From Trypanosoma brucei (Eukaryota): DNA of 64,000 bases. Below the pieces are notes generated by a model. That model was not told the DNA's origin and searched no databases. It worked only from the letters and a program-made list of their open reading frames with translations. The stretch is taken from the NCBI GenBank assembly GCA_000002445.1, contig CP000068.1:928001-992000 (forward strand), read 5' to 3'. This document shows, piece by piece, positions 9,010 to 18,467 of this stretch (the first letter of the stretch is position 1; each line of letters begins with the position of its first letter). A program made the translations under genes and the position numbers.

Positions 9010-12000
9010 ATGCCAGCAGGTAGTGATGACGAATTGCAGCAAGTTGTGCAGCTCACCTTTCGACAGAGGCATGAGGAGGTACTGGCATGTGAGGCTGTGG
9101 TAGTTATTGGTCGGAGAAGACCTTTTAAGACACCGAGACCGCGTTTGTTAGCACTGTGTCGTCCATTTTCTGCTGCAGCTCCCACCGGATCGCCGACGTC
9201 GAATGCAACGCTTAACGTTGTTCAGGTAGGTGCGGAGCAGGCAACTAATATCAAATTAGTGTTTGGTGTAGCCCGTCTCGTGGATATTGCGCAAGAGGAA
9301 GGTTTTGACGCAACGTTCAATTTTGGAAGCAGCGGCTTGCTCTCAGTTAGGTTTGGATCGTATATTCAACGCCAGATGTTTGTCTCCGCCGTAAGGAGCG
9401 TCCTGCGTGACGTTCAGCTTCTGACCCCTGGTGCTACAACTGATCACGATGGTGTGCAGGCGCTTCTCCTGGACGAGGTTGGTGCTGCAACCGAACATAA
9501 TATTGTAGCGCATGTGAAAAGCCAAAGGCGGGTAAAGCATCGTGCGCTTACTACGGAGGATGAACAGCAGTTGCAAGCGCTCCTGGGGCCACATAGTTTC
9601 GATGACATTCGTGCTACCGAAAAACTGTTGTCTACACACCAGAAAAAAGCGGAGCTGCTATCCGTGAATGACCTTGTGATTTCTGCTTGTGCGTGGGAGG
9701 AAGTGCGTGAACACATTTCGAGCATCATGGAGGATGTGGGGGAGATGGAAGCACGTATTGCACAGTACTCCAAGTGCATTCTTTCCCAGAAGGAACAGCT
9801 GCAGAGAATTGAGCATCAACACAACACCCTACAACGGAAACAACAGAACCTTCACAAACTGCAGGAGCAGCTACAAGTAGTCAGAGGGCAGCTTAACTTA
9901 CCACCACAGGTTACAGCGTTGCTCCAACGGGTGGGCGAAGCACGCAGCGAGGATTTGGAAGAATTCCTCTCTAACGAAAGCAATGTGCGTCGCTTATCCG
10001 ACGCCGTAGGGCTCATCACGTCACTTCTGCAGAACACAAAACTCGAGTCAGATTACCCTATTGCTTTAGTAGCCGCTCGCCGTGCGTTCTTCGCTGAGCA
10101 GCGCCGTGCGATTGCTCACCGTACCAAGACGTATATATTAGATGCTATTAGTCGTCACGAAAAGTTATATCTTACTGACCCCCGGCGATTTAGCACGAAA
10201 AATCAACTAATATGGAAAATGCACTTGGGAGTTACGAACATGATGACGAGTTTTCAGGAACTTATCAAAACCTTGAGGTACGTGGATTTTGAGGGGTTCA
10301 TCGCGGTCTTACGCCGCTACCGGGTGTGCATGCAGCGCGTTTACGCCCGAGAAATGCAGAACTTTTTTAAGTACCTTCGTGGGCAACTTAAAAAGGTCGG
10401 TTCGCATAGACCGTTTCTCATTGGGGTGCGTGACTCTTCCGATGGGATTGTTTTCTCCGGGTCGGAATCGACAAGGTCGGAGACTCCACATCGGCGAGGT
10501 AGTTTGGCGAACAGTGATGGTTTGCGGTGGACACCAACATGCAGCCCTCTAGGTTACCCGCATTCGTTTTGCCACATGAGCGGCAGCTTCAGCAGGTTAA
10601 ACATTAGTGCACCCACTGAAGGCCAGTTGTTTGTTGACTTACCCGTTGCGTGTGACGATACGCTTCGGCTCTACGATCCGATACACACACAAGCCGCCAA
10701 TGTGGGTCATAATTCTCCAACTCCAGCTCCGTCGCTGCTCGCTCCCACTGTCAGTAAAACAAACGGCCAATTAAAACCTGATGTAGCATTTGCTATGACA
10801 CTAGAGGCGGCTTTCTGTATGGTCCTACAGGAGGAGGACACTTTGCGGCGTTGCTTCGGTTTAGTGGAGGGGCGTGAAGAGTGTTCCAAGGGTGAAGAAA
10901 ATCACCATGATTTTACCCCCTCAGCTAGTGACGCTCTGTCAAATGTTCCTGAGTCAGATAAAGCCGGACTGCTGCGCGAGTCCCTTTTGGAGCTTTTTGG
11001 TGGCGATAAAGTGGTCCAATTTTATTCTGGTGCTTTGAACACAGCGGCACCCAGTGCCAAGCATAGCGAGAAAGATGATGTACCATCCGCAAGAGTGGAT
11101 GTTGATTGTGATACCACCACTGCCGACAAGAACGAAGGAAAAGTGTGTACCAAGTTGGAAAAGGGGCAGGAAGATGCCCAAAAGGGGTGCTATTTGCAGA
11201 AAGAATTGGTTGATCTTGTGCAGTACATTGGCGAGCGATGTGATAGACTGAATGCGTTGCCCGCCATGGTTATGATCAAGGCCTATCGTCGTGAAGGCAC
11301 ACCCACTGCTTCGAGCTCTTTCTGCCAATCGATACTGCAGGCCCTCGAACCAATTGTAGCATCACTAATTTCACAAAGCATCATGGAGCAGACGGCGTCG
11401 ATAAAGACGTGCGTGCGGCGGTATGTCGTTGATCCGTCTGGTTTGCTTAGTTGTTTTTCAGGGTTACCAACTCTTGTGCAAAGATTAGAAACAATGCACG
11501 ATTCCCTCCCGGTAGCAGTACGTACCCACAGCGAGTACGCTTCGGTTGTACTAACCCTCGTGGACCAGTGCTTCGAATCCCTTAACTGCATTACAAATCT
11601 TGCCAAGTCAGAGGCCAATTATGAGGTAAAATTAAGCAGGTTGGAATGCATTGTGCGCCGTGCAAACCGTATTTTCAATGCTGGTGGTGAAAATGCAAAG
11701 TCTGCGGAGCACGGTTTTCTTCAACAGTACCGCCACCAAGCTTTTTTCTGTCTCTTTTATGAATCACTTCATCCCATGTCTAACGCGGTGGAGCTTCTGA
11801 GGGAGAGGTACGACTCTTCGTGTGCTCTGCGTGACCGCTACCGTGAACTGTATCTGACACGTGCAGTACTTGTGAAGGAATTCCCTGAATTTGGTCCCTT
11901 TACACTTGTTGCTGAGGATCTGGCCCAGGTGCACACTCCGGATGACTTACGCAGCCATGCCGCTTTTTCTGTGAGCGCTTTGCAGCTTTTGCTCACCTCA

Positions 12001-12255
12001 CTACCGGAGGAAATACGCTCCGGAATTCCGGCAAGCAGCGGGAGAATGAAGAAACATTTTCTACGTGATGTTGCTCGACGTAAAAATGAAGTGGCCCTTC
12101 ACTGTACATTGCTCCAAAGAGCGTGGAGTGACTTTAGCGCGATGTTTCTGCAGAAGTTTGATTTCCTCGAGTCTATATTGCAGTGGTCGATGTACGCCAA
12201 TCTAAACTTGGATATCAAGCGGCACGAGGTTGTCCAGCTGCTGCGGGCTGTCTAA
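9010..12255 (+). CDS. Hypothetical large protein (1081 aa), possibly an exocyst Sec3/EXOC1-like subunit
   Basis: Long ORF with an ATG start. An N-terminal roughly 130-aa globular region is followed by a Q/L-rich coiled coil (QKEQLQRIEHQHNTLQRKQQNLHKLQEQLQ). The overall layout loosely parallels human EXOC1; the family assignment is tentative. Confidence 0.6.
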   Translation: MPAGSDDELQQVVQLTFRQRHEEVLACEAVVVIGRRRPFKTPRPRLLALCRPFSAAAPTGSPTSNATLNVVQVGAEQATNIKLVFGVARLVDIAQEEGFDATFNFGSSGLLSVRFGSYIQRQMFVSAVRSVLRDVQLLTPGATTDHDGVQALLLDEVGAATEHNIVAHVKSQRRVKHRALTTEDEQQLQALLGPHSFDDIRATEKLLSTHQKKAELLSVNDLVISACAWEEVREHISSIMEDVGEMEARIAQYSKCILSQKEQLQRIEHQHNTLQRKQQNLHKLQEQLQVVRGQLNLPPQVTALLQRVGEARSEDLEEFLSNESNVRRLSDAVGLITSLLQNTKLESDYPIALVAARRAFFAEQRRAIAHRTKTYILDAISRHEKLYLTDPRRFSTKNQLIWKMHLGVTNMMTSFQELIKTLRYVDFEGFIAVLRRYRVCMQRVYAREMQNFFKYLRGQLKKVGSHRPFLIGVRDSSDGIVFSGSESTRSETPHRRGSLANSDGLRWTPTCSPLGYPHSFCHMSGSFSRLNISAPTEGQLFVDLPVACDDTLRLYDPIHTQAANVGHNSPTPAPSLLAPTVSKTNGQLKPDVAFAMTLEAAFCMVLQEEDTLRRCFGLVEGREECSKGEENHHDFTPSASDALSNVPESDKAGLLRESLLELFGGDKVVQFYSGALNTAAPSAKHSEKDDVPSARVDVDCDTTTADKNEGKVCTKLEKGQEDAQKGCYLQKELVDLVQYIGERCDRLNALPAMVMIKAYRREGTPTASSSFCQSILQALEPIVASLISQSIMEQTASIKTCVRRYVVDPSGLLSCFSGLPTLVQRLETMHDSLPVAVRTHSEYASVVLTLVDQCFESLNCITNLAKSEANYEVKLSRLECIVRRANRIFNAGGENAKSAEHGFLQQYRHQAFFCLFYESLHPMSNAVELLRERYDSSCALRDRYRELYLTRAVLVKEFPEFGPFTLVAEDLAQVHTPDDLRSHAAFSVSALQLLLTSLPEEIRSGIPASSGRMKKHFLRDVARRKNEVALHCTLLQRAWSDFSAMFLQKFDFLESILQWSMYANLNLDIKRHEVVQLLRAV

Positions 12256-13221
12256 GTATTTATATGTAACACCTTGCTTTTTATCACCGCCGCAAGCGGT
12301 TTGGTGCGTTGCATTGTGTGCGGTTGATTGCCATCCCATATCTGCCTGTTTTAACGTTGCAAGGGGTGCCGATGTTTTTCAGCGCCAAGTGCCACTTGGA
12401 TGGTAAGTTGTTATCGTGCAACACGGGAACCGGTCTTGCCTCAGTATATGTGGATTGGTGTTTGATGGTATCGTATCAACTGTATGGGAAACTAACAATA
12501 CTTGTAGTTACTGCAGTTTTTGAGTTTCGGCAGTGAGAGTCCTCCAGCGGGAAAGCGGGCGGATGGTTTCCGAGCTCCTCTGAAGTTGCCTGATCTGGGC
12601 ATAGTGCAAAAGAGCAGTGAAAAAAAGAAAAAGGAGAATTAAAAGGATAGATTTGTGTGCACCGCAGGGGAAAGCAATGGAAGTACATGCAGCAACACCA
12701 ACTTTGTTACAATTGTTTAAAAGTGTAATTTTGTGCGCCCGTATGCGTGTGAGCGCACTGTAATTTTCTGAAGTGTGTTATGAGAGTATGAGATGCGCAT
12801 GTGATCGGCGATGAGCTCGCACGCTGAAGTTCCGTTGTGTGCTTCTTTTTGATTTCAGAGAGAAAGGTGGGTCGAGAAGAGGTGGAGGTAACGTAACGGA
12901 GCCTTAACTCCGATGGTGTTCGACCTCCTCTTTTCTTTTTGACGTAAGCACTGCGCGCGTGTACAATCATGTGTGTGCATGTGTGCTCTCTTCCTCAACA
13001 TCTGTTTGCTAGTGTGTAGTTGGCCTTCTCGTTGCTCCTTTATGCGAAGGTAATTTCTTGAAGTTGTTCGCTCCTTGCTTCTTAACCTTTCCGTTACTTG
13101 TCAATTGTGCTGTCACTTTTCGACTATTTTCTCTGGATAATTGTCCCCCTAAATTTTCCTCTTTCTTTCTAACTATTTAATATTACCCCAGTGGTAGTGG
13201 AAACGGTTTCAGTGTTGGACA

Positions 13222-13986
13222 ATGTCAAGGTCGCGAAATATCGTTGCCATGCCCCCGTCCACTAAAGTTCAGAATAGTGTTGAGTTTTCTCTAAGGCAGA
13301 GACTGTTTGACACACAGAAATTAGCGCAAATGCGCCTGCAGAGAGTCATGGAGTTGAAAGATGAGGTCGCTCGCCTGCGCGAATTACTTGGCAACTTGAG
13401 GGGCGGCGAAGAAGGTGACGACCCTGCTTCACCGCAGCGGATCAGGTCGCCCATCAAATCAACGATTCGGAGGGAAAATTTTTCTCCGGGAGAGCAAGGT
13501 GGAAGGATTGCCACTGCAGTTGCCAGCCGCCGGGGGAGGTCGAATGAAGCGGCTGCCCAGCGGGACATCATTGTTACCGTGGGCGCGGGAAGTAGGCGCC
13601 GCGGTAACCTTACACCCACCCGGGGGGCTACATCCCCTAAGGGGTCAGATAAGGCCCGCCCCATGGTGTTAAAAATAACTAGGGACCCCTCTCCGTATGC
13701 ACGGACTGCTCGTGCTTCTAATTGCAGCGGTGGTGACCCATTGGGGCTCTTTCACACCAGCTTTCAGTTGGCACACGGTAAGGGTGCAACAAACATACGG
13801 CGACTCCGGCCAACGCGGCGTTCATTGGTAACGGGGACTACCAGTGCGAACTCGCCCGAGCGGCGTTTGGGTCGCCGCTCCCCCACGAGGTTGCCACTGT
13901 CAAACCCAATGGGAGAGCACCTTAGCACCTCCGCCTCCATATCGTGCCGCGGCTTACATTCACCCACCGCGCGACAGAGGGCATGA
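13222..13986 (+). CDS. Hypothetical basic protein, Arg/Ser/Pro-rich, with a short N-terminal coiled coil
   Basis: 254-codon ORF with an ATG start, preceded by a long pyrimidine tract (13000-13200). Composition is R/S/P/T-rich and likely disordered. Confidence 0.5.
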   Translation: MSRSRNIVAMPPSTKVQNSVEFSLRQRLFDTQKLAQMRLQRVMELKDEVARLRELLGNLRGGEEGDDPASPQRIRSPIKSTIRRENFSPGEQGGRIATAVASRRGRSNEAAAQRDIIVTVGAGSRRRGNLTPTRGATSPKGSDKARPMVLKITRDPSPYARTARASNCSGGDPLGLFHTSFQLAHGKGATNIRRLRPTRRSLVTGTTSANSPERRLGRRSPTRLPLSNPMGEHLSTSASISCRGLHSPTARQRA

Positions 13987-14734
13987 TGATGTGAGAACAA
14001 TATTGGTAGCTAAAGAACGCAGATCGGCGAGCGCAGGCTGAGATAATACCTCGGATCATCCCTTATAAAAAAGCAAGGGAATTAGTTATAAGTGATATGC
14101 ATGGTTAAAATGCTGTGAGGTTGCGGATGGTATGACAGTTGTCCGAAGCTGCGGTCATTACGAGATCTTATTTGTTTGTTGGTGGTCCAACAGCTTTCCT
14201 TCTTGTTTCGCAAACTAAGTGAACACCCGAGGGTTGACAGTGTTTTTCGATACCCGTCAGTACCTCCGTGTGGCAGTCAGAGATGTGAAAGTATAGTGGG
14301 GCATTTTCGGATGTATATGGAATGGTTGATTCAACAAAACCGAAAGGCTTCCCAACTGTACGATGTAGAATAAACTGGTTACAAAGGCACAATGTGCGAA
14401 GGGTTAAATAAAAAAGGAGGACCGACACCAGCGTCAGCGTCAGCTGCGGTAGAGGCCTGCATCACACCAAAGGGTTAGGGTTTGGGGAAAATAACTTGTG
14501 TTTTCTTTTTTTTTTTTGGAAACAACCTAACAGTATGATAACTGACAGACACCCAGTTGGTGCGTTGTTACTAACTCTGCGATCACTATCCCCTCGACTC
14601 CACTTTTCTTTTTTTTGTGTGCTATTACTCCTTTATCGTGTATCTTTCTTAATGATAAAAACAGAGTATTTCTTGGCTTCCACCGAAGATTGCTCATACA
14701 GGGTAACTCTCTTGAGAAGCAGTTTGTGCAAGTC

Positions 14735-15781
14735 ATGTTGCGGTGCAGCTGGTTTTTGCACTCAGGGTTTCGAATCCCCACAGGTGAAGAGATTGATGGC
14801 CAGATTCTTGTGAATCGTTTTAGCAGGAGGCGAGGCAAAGGTGGGTGGATCCCGCGTGCTATCACTGCGACCCGGTTGCAGGGGTGGGTTGCAATTGCTG
14901 GTATCCTTGTAGGTGCTGCGGTTTTTATTGGACCATGGTTTATCGATGAATATCGTGAAATGTTGGGTTACAAGTTCGTGCCGGAGCCGCCGTCAAGCAT
15001 GCCACGCATGTCAACGCAGTGGTGGGAAAATGAATGGCGTAAGGGGAACCCACTTTGGCGGGCTGGTGAGAGTACTGTCGATTTCTACACTGGCGCATTC
15101 GACTTTGTGCGTAATGTCACAGGTCGCACTTTGTACGATGCGACCGCGTTCAAACTCTTACAGAAATCGTCACAGAAACCGTTGCGGCCGCGTGCATTGG
15201 TGCCGCTATGCGGCGACTCACCAATTATAAAGGAACTAGCAGTGCGCGGCTTTGAAGTGGATGCGATTGATGCATCGGAAACGGCTATGCGATCTTGCGT
15301 GGAGCGGACGGAACGCGCTCTTCCTCAAGATGCATACGACCGGATCCATCTTCACTGGAAAGACGTGTTTTCACCGGAGTTATGGAATGGTTCACTCAAA
15401 AGTGTGAAGTTTGATTTCATATACGAGCGTCAAGGAATGACTTCGCTTAACCGCGATCAACGCGAAGACTACGCACTTTTGTTGAAGCAGGCTCTAGCTG
15501 ATGATGGCGTGATGTACGTAGAGGGGATATTTCGCACAGGGAGAGTGAAAGGGAATAAAATACGAGGTCCACCTTACTCTCTCTCACGGCGTGAGCTCCA
15601 ACAACTTTTCCCAGCTGATGACGGGTACGTGGTACAGTGTGAGGAGACGAACGACGCTATGACTAAGCTTAGCCGTGAAGACAAGGTGCTGCAACGTGTA
15701 CCTAAGGAGTTGTATGTTACTCCTTTTCATTGTGCAATATTTCGCTCGAGGAGTTTAAATCCGGGGGGTGTGTCCACATAG
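14735..15781 (+). CDS. Thiopurine S-methyltransferase (TPMT)-family SAM-dependent methyltransferase with a predicted N-terminal transmembrane anchor
   Basis: The TPMT-family signature is present: LVPLCGDSPIIKELAVRGFEVDAIDASETA (compare human [28 protein letters not shown]), then FDFIYERQG and a PPYSLSRRELQQLF-like C-terminus. A hydrophobic segment WVAIAGILVGAAVFIGPWF precedes the domain. The ORF-track start at 14615 is TTG; the first ATG is 14735. Confidence 0.65.
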   Translation: MLRCSWFLHSGFRIPTGEEIDGQILVNRFSRRRGKGGWIPRAITATRLQGWVAIAGILVGAAVFIGPWFIDEYREMLGYKFVPEPPSSMPRMSTQWWENEWRKGNPLWRAGESTVDFYTGAFDFVRNVTGRTLYDATAFKLLQKSSQKPLRPRALVPLCGDSPIIKELAVRGFEVDAIDASETAMRSCVERTERALPQDAYDRIHLHWKDVFSPELWNGSLKSVKFDFIYERQGMTSLNRDQREDYALLLKQALADDGVMYVEGIFRTGRVKGNKIRGPPYSLSRRELQQLFPADDGYVVQCEETNDAMTKLSREDKVLQRVPKELYVTPFHCAIFRSRSLNPGGVST

Positions 15782-16049
15782 TTAATGAAAGCTTCTGAAG
15801 TGGAGCTCAGTCCCTGGTAGTTCGTTTGTGGGGTGACGAGCGAGTTGCGGCGGATCTACCAAAGTATGAGACGATGATGGATGTGACGACCACGTTACCT
15901 CATTTTCGTCGTGACTTTTTTTTTGTTAATATCTCTTTTCTGCGTACGCTATCTCATGAACAGGAACACCGACACGCTCCCATTTTTCTCTCATGATCAT
16001 TGTTTCTTGATTTGCACATTGAGATCAAGGAAGTAGCTGTACCGGAAGA

Positions 16050-17600
16050 ATGCGGAGCGCGTTGCGTCGGTGTATTCTGCGCCATCAAGGTTGCCTTCGA
16101 ATGAAGCAGTCCCTTTCCGCTTTTCCTACTGTTGTGACTGGTATGACCCGCCATCAAGGCAACTCTCTCATTGGCACAACTCATGGAGCGGAGTTATCCC
16201 TGGCGGGTGATCCACAGAGTGTATCGCACCTCTCTGCTCGCAATATAGCAACAGAGGCCCTGCAAATGAAAAAACTGCACCAGGAGCGCGGTGGAAATCC
16301 CATGTTAGCGCAGCAGGCACGCCGTGTGCTTTTCGCCACATCGATAGCGGGTCAAAACCTCGACGCTCGTTCAGTCGCTTTGTTGCTGAATACTGCCGTT
16401 TACTTTGGTATGGAGAGTGATGCAAAGTTAGTGAGGGAGTGCATCGACTACTGTTTGAAAAACGACAAACTTATAACAGTGGACGTGCTGCCTATCGTCG
16501 TTACCGCTTGTGCGACACTGAAGTCGCGTGACGCGCGTGAAGTTATTGAAATGCAAGCACAGAAAGCCGCTCGCAATGCCAAATTTCTTGATGCTAAGGA
16601 TGTAACGAATATTATAAGCGCCTTCTCGAAGACAGGTATTAATCACGAAAAACTCTTTGCTTTCCTATCGCGGCGGGTGCAAACACTCGCCCGCGTAGGT
16701 GAGTTCGAGGCGGCACATTTAGTTATACTTGCCAACGCCTTCTCGCGGCTACGTTACCGAGATAAATTCCTTTTTGGTGCCATCGCCCGCCGAGCGATGT
16801 CGTTACGGGAACGTGTAACTGTAAATGAGTTGGTGCCTCTCATCGTGGCATTCTCTAAAATTGGGTTGAAGGATCCGAAACTAAGCAAGAGGTTCGCCAC
16901 CAAGGCCATGGAGTACGTCGATCAAATGAATGCCGAACAGGTTGCAAGCATGTTCATGGCTTTTGCTTACTTTGGCATCCGTTACGATCAGCTCTTTGGT
17001 GTTCTTACGAACCGCGCGGTGGAGCTTATTGATGAATTTAACGCGCAGTACATCAGTACAACCCTCAATGCGTTCCAGCGCATTGGCATTAATAACCCTG
17101 AGTTATTTGACAACTTAGCAGAGCGTGCGCTTGCTGTAGTACAAGACCACGACGCGCGGGATATTTCCAAAACAGTTACCGCACTTGCACACTTTGGGCT
17201 GAAGGACGAAGAGCTATTTAAGCGGCTTGCCTCTCACGCTGCCAGCATTGCGGACCAGTTTGATGCCATGGGCCTTGTGAATACCGCCCACGCCTTTGCC
17301 CGCACAAATTTTCTTCAACAGGATATGGCTGTTGCGCTCTCAGAGCGCAGCGTGTACGTGTGCCGCTTACTGGATGCAGGGGAGACGCGCCGACTCTTGT
17401 GGGCACTAGCTAAATTTCAAGTACGCGATCCAAAGATATTAACACCTGTGTTTAACCGCTGTCTCGCCCTGCACTACGACTTCTTTGCGGATCCAACGGG
17501 TAGCGAAGAAATTGAGGAGATTTTCGACTTTTATGGCCCTAACTTCTGTCCCCCGTTGTACCAGTTGTATATTTCCCGTGGGTCTACACCGCAAGCATAA
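16050..17600 (+). CDS. Mitochondrial heptatricopeptide-repeat (HPR/FASTK-like) protein, a putative mitochondrial RNA-binding factor
   Basis: N-terminus is mitochondrial presequence-like (MRSALRRCILRH). At least seven tandem repeats of about 36-38 aa share the pattern (I/L)xxAF(S/A)(K/R)xGxxxxxLFxxLxxRA. Confidence 0.65.
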   Translation: MRSALRRCILRHQGCLRMKQSLSAFPTVVTGMTRHQGNSLIGTTHGAELSLAGDPQSVSHLSARNIATEALQMKKLHQERGGNPMLAQQARRVLFATSIAGQNLDARSVALLLNTAVYFGMESDAKLVRECIDYCLKNDKLITVDVLPIVVTACATLKSRDAREVIEMQAQKAARNAKFLDAKDVTNIISAFSKTGINHEKLFAFLSRRVQTLARVGEFEAAHLVILANAFSRLRYRDKFLFGAIARRAMSLRERVTVNELVPLIVAFSKIGLKDPKLSKRFATKAMEYVDQMNAEQVASMFMAFAYFGIRYDQLFGVLTNRAVELIDEFNAQYISTTLNAFQRIGINNPELFDNLAERALAVVQDHDARDISKTVTALAHFGLKDEELFKRLASHAASIADQFDAMGLVNTAHAFARTNFLQQDMAVALSERSVYVCRLLDAGETRRLLWALAKFQVRDPKILTPVFNRCLALHYDFFADPTGSEEIEEIFDFYGPNFCPPLYQLYISRGSTPQA

Positions 17601-18467
17601 TTATCTGACGCAACAGACCTGTGATTTGGAATTATTGAGGAGAAACTCGTAAATGCAGCTGTTGTGAACATAATTCACGACTTGGTATGTTCGTGACGAT
17701 GGCGCCCATACGAAAGCAAAAACAACGGACAACTGTTTTCGAACACGATTCTGTGAATGTCAGGTGGTATTTAGTGGGGCTCGTGTGGGTGTTTCCCATT
17801 CCTTTCTTCAAGGTTCCCAATCTTTTATCTACCTTGCTTTTGTACGGGCGTATGCGCGTGACGCACTGTCCAACACAAATGCTAATTCCTCTCGGAGGTA
17901 TTCTAGTATTTTCCTCTTTGCCTCATTTCCTACCAAAGCAAAGATGAAATGAAAAAAAAAAGAGAAGGAAGGATACCAGAGGGTAATATCAGCAGTCAGG
18001 GGGGAGGGGGTTACTTGGTGTGGTGTTGGTAGTGTTTTCATTACTTCGTTGTTCGCGCTTCCAGACTGATTAGAGATGGTGTCTCGAAATAGCGCGGTCA
18101 CTTGTTTGTGCACCTTTTAGTCCCTGGTATTTGCAGTGAGACGGTTGGAGTGGCTTTCGAAGTAGGTGTGTTCGAGGAAAGTGTGGCTCAAAAGGAAGGG
18201 AGTTCGGTAGTGCCACCCTGGCTCTAACGAAAAAAAAAATTATGGAGGGTACAGGCGGTACTGGCAATCTACCGCACTTTGGATGAGTGAATTGTGGGGG
18301 CCGCACGCGTTTGCCTCTAAAAGGTCATTAAACCACTGCTGCTTCTGCTATCTTTTTTTTGTTTTAAAACCAGTGGTGATTTTCTTTCTTGAAACACACA
18401 CGTTCTTTTTCCCTCACGTCTCATTTACACGCATGTGGAGGTACCCTCCAGCATATCTTTTAGTGCC

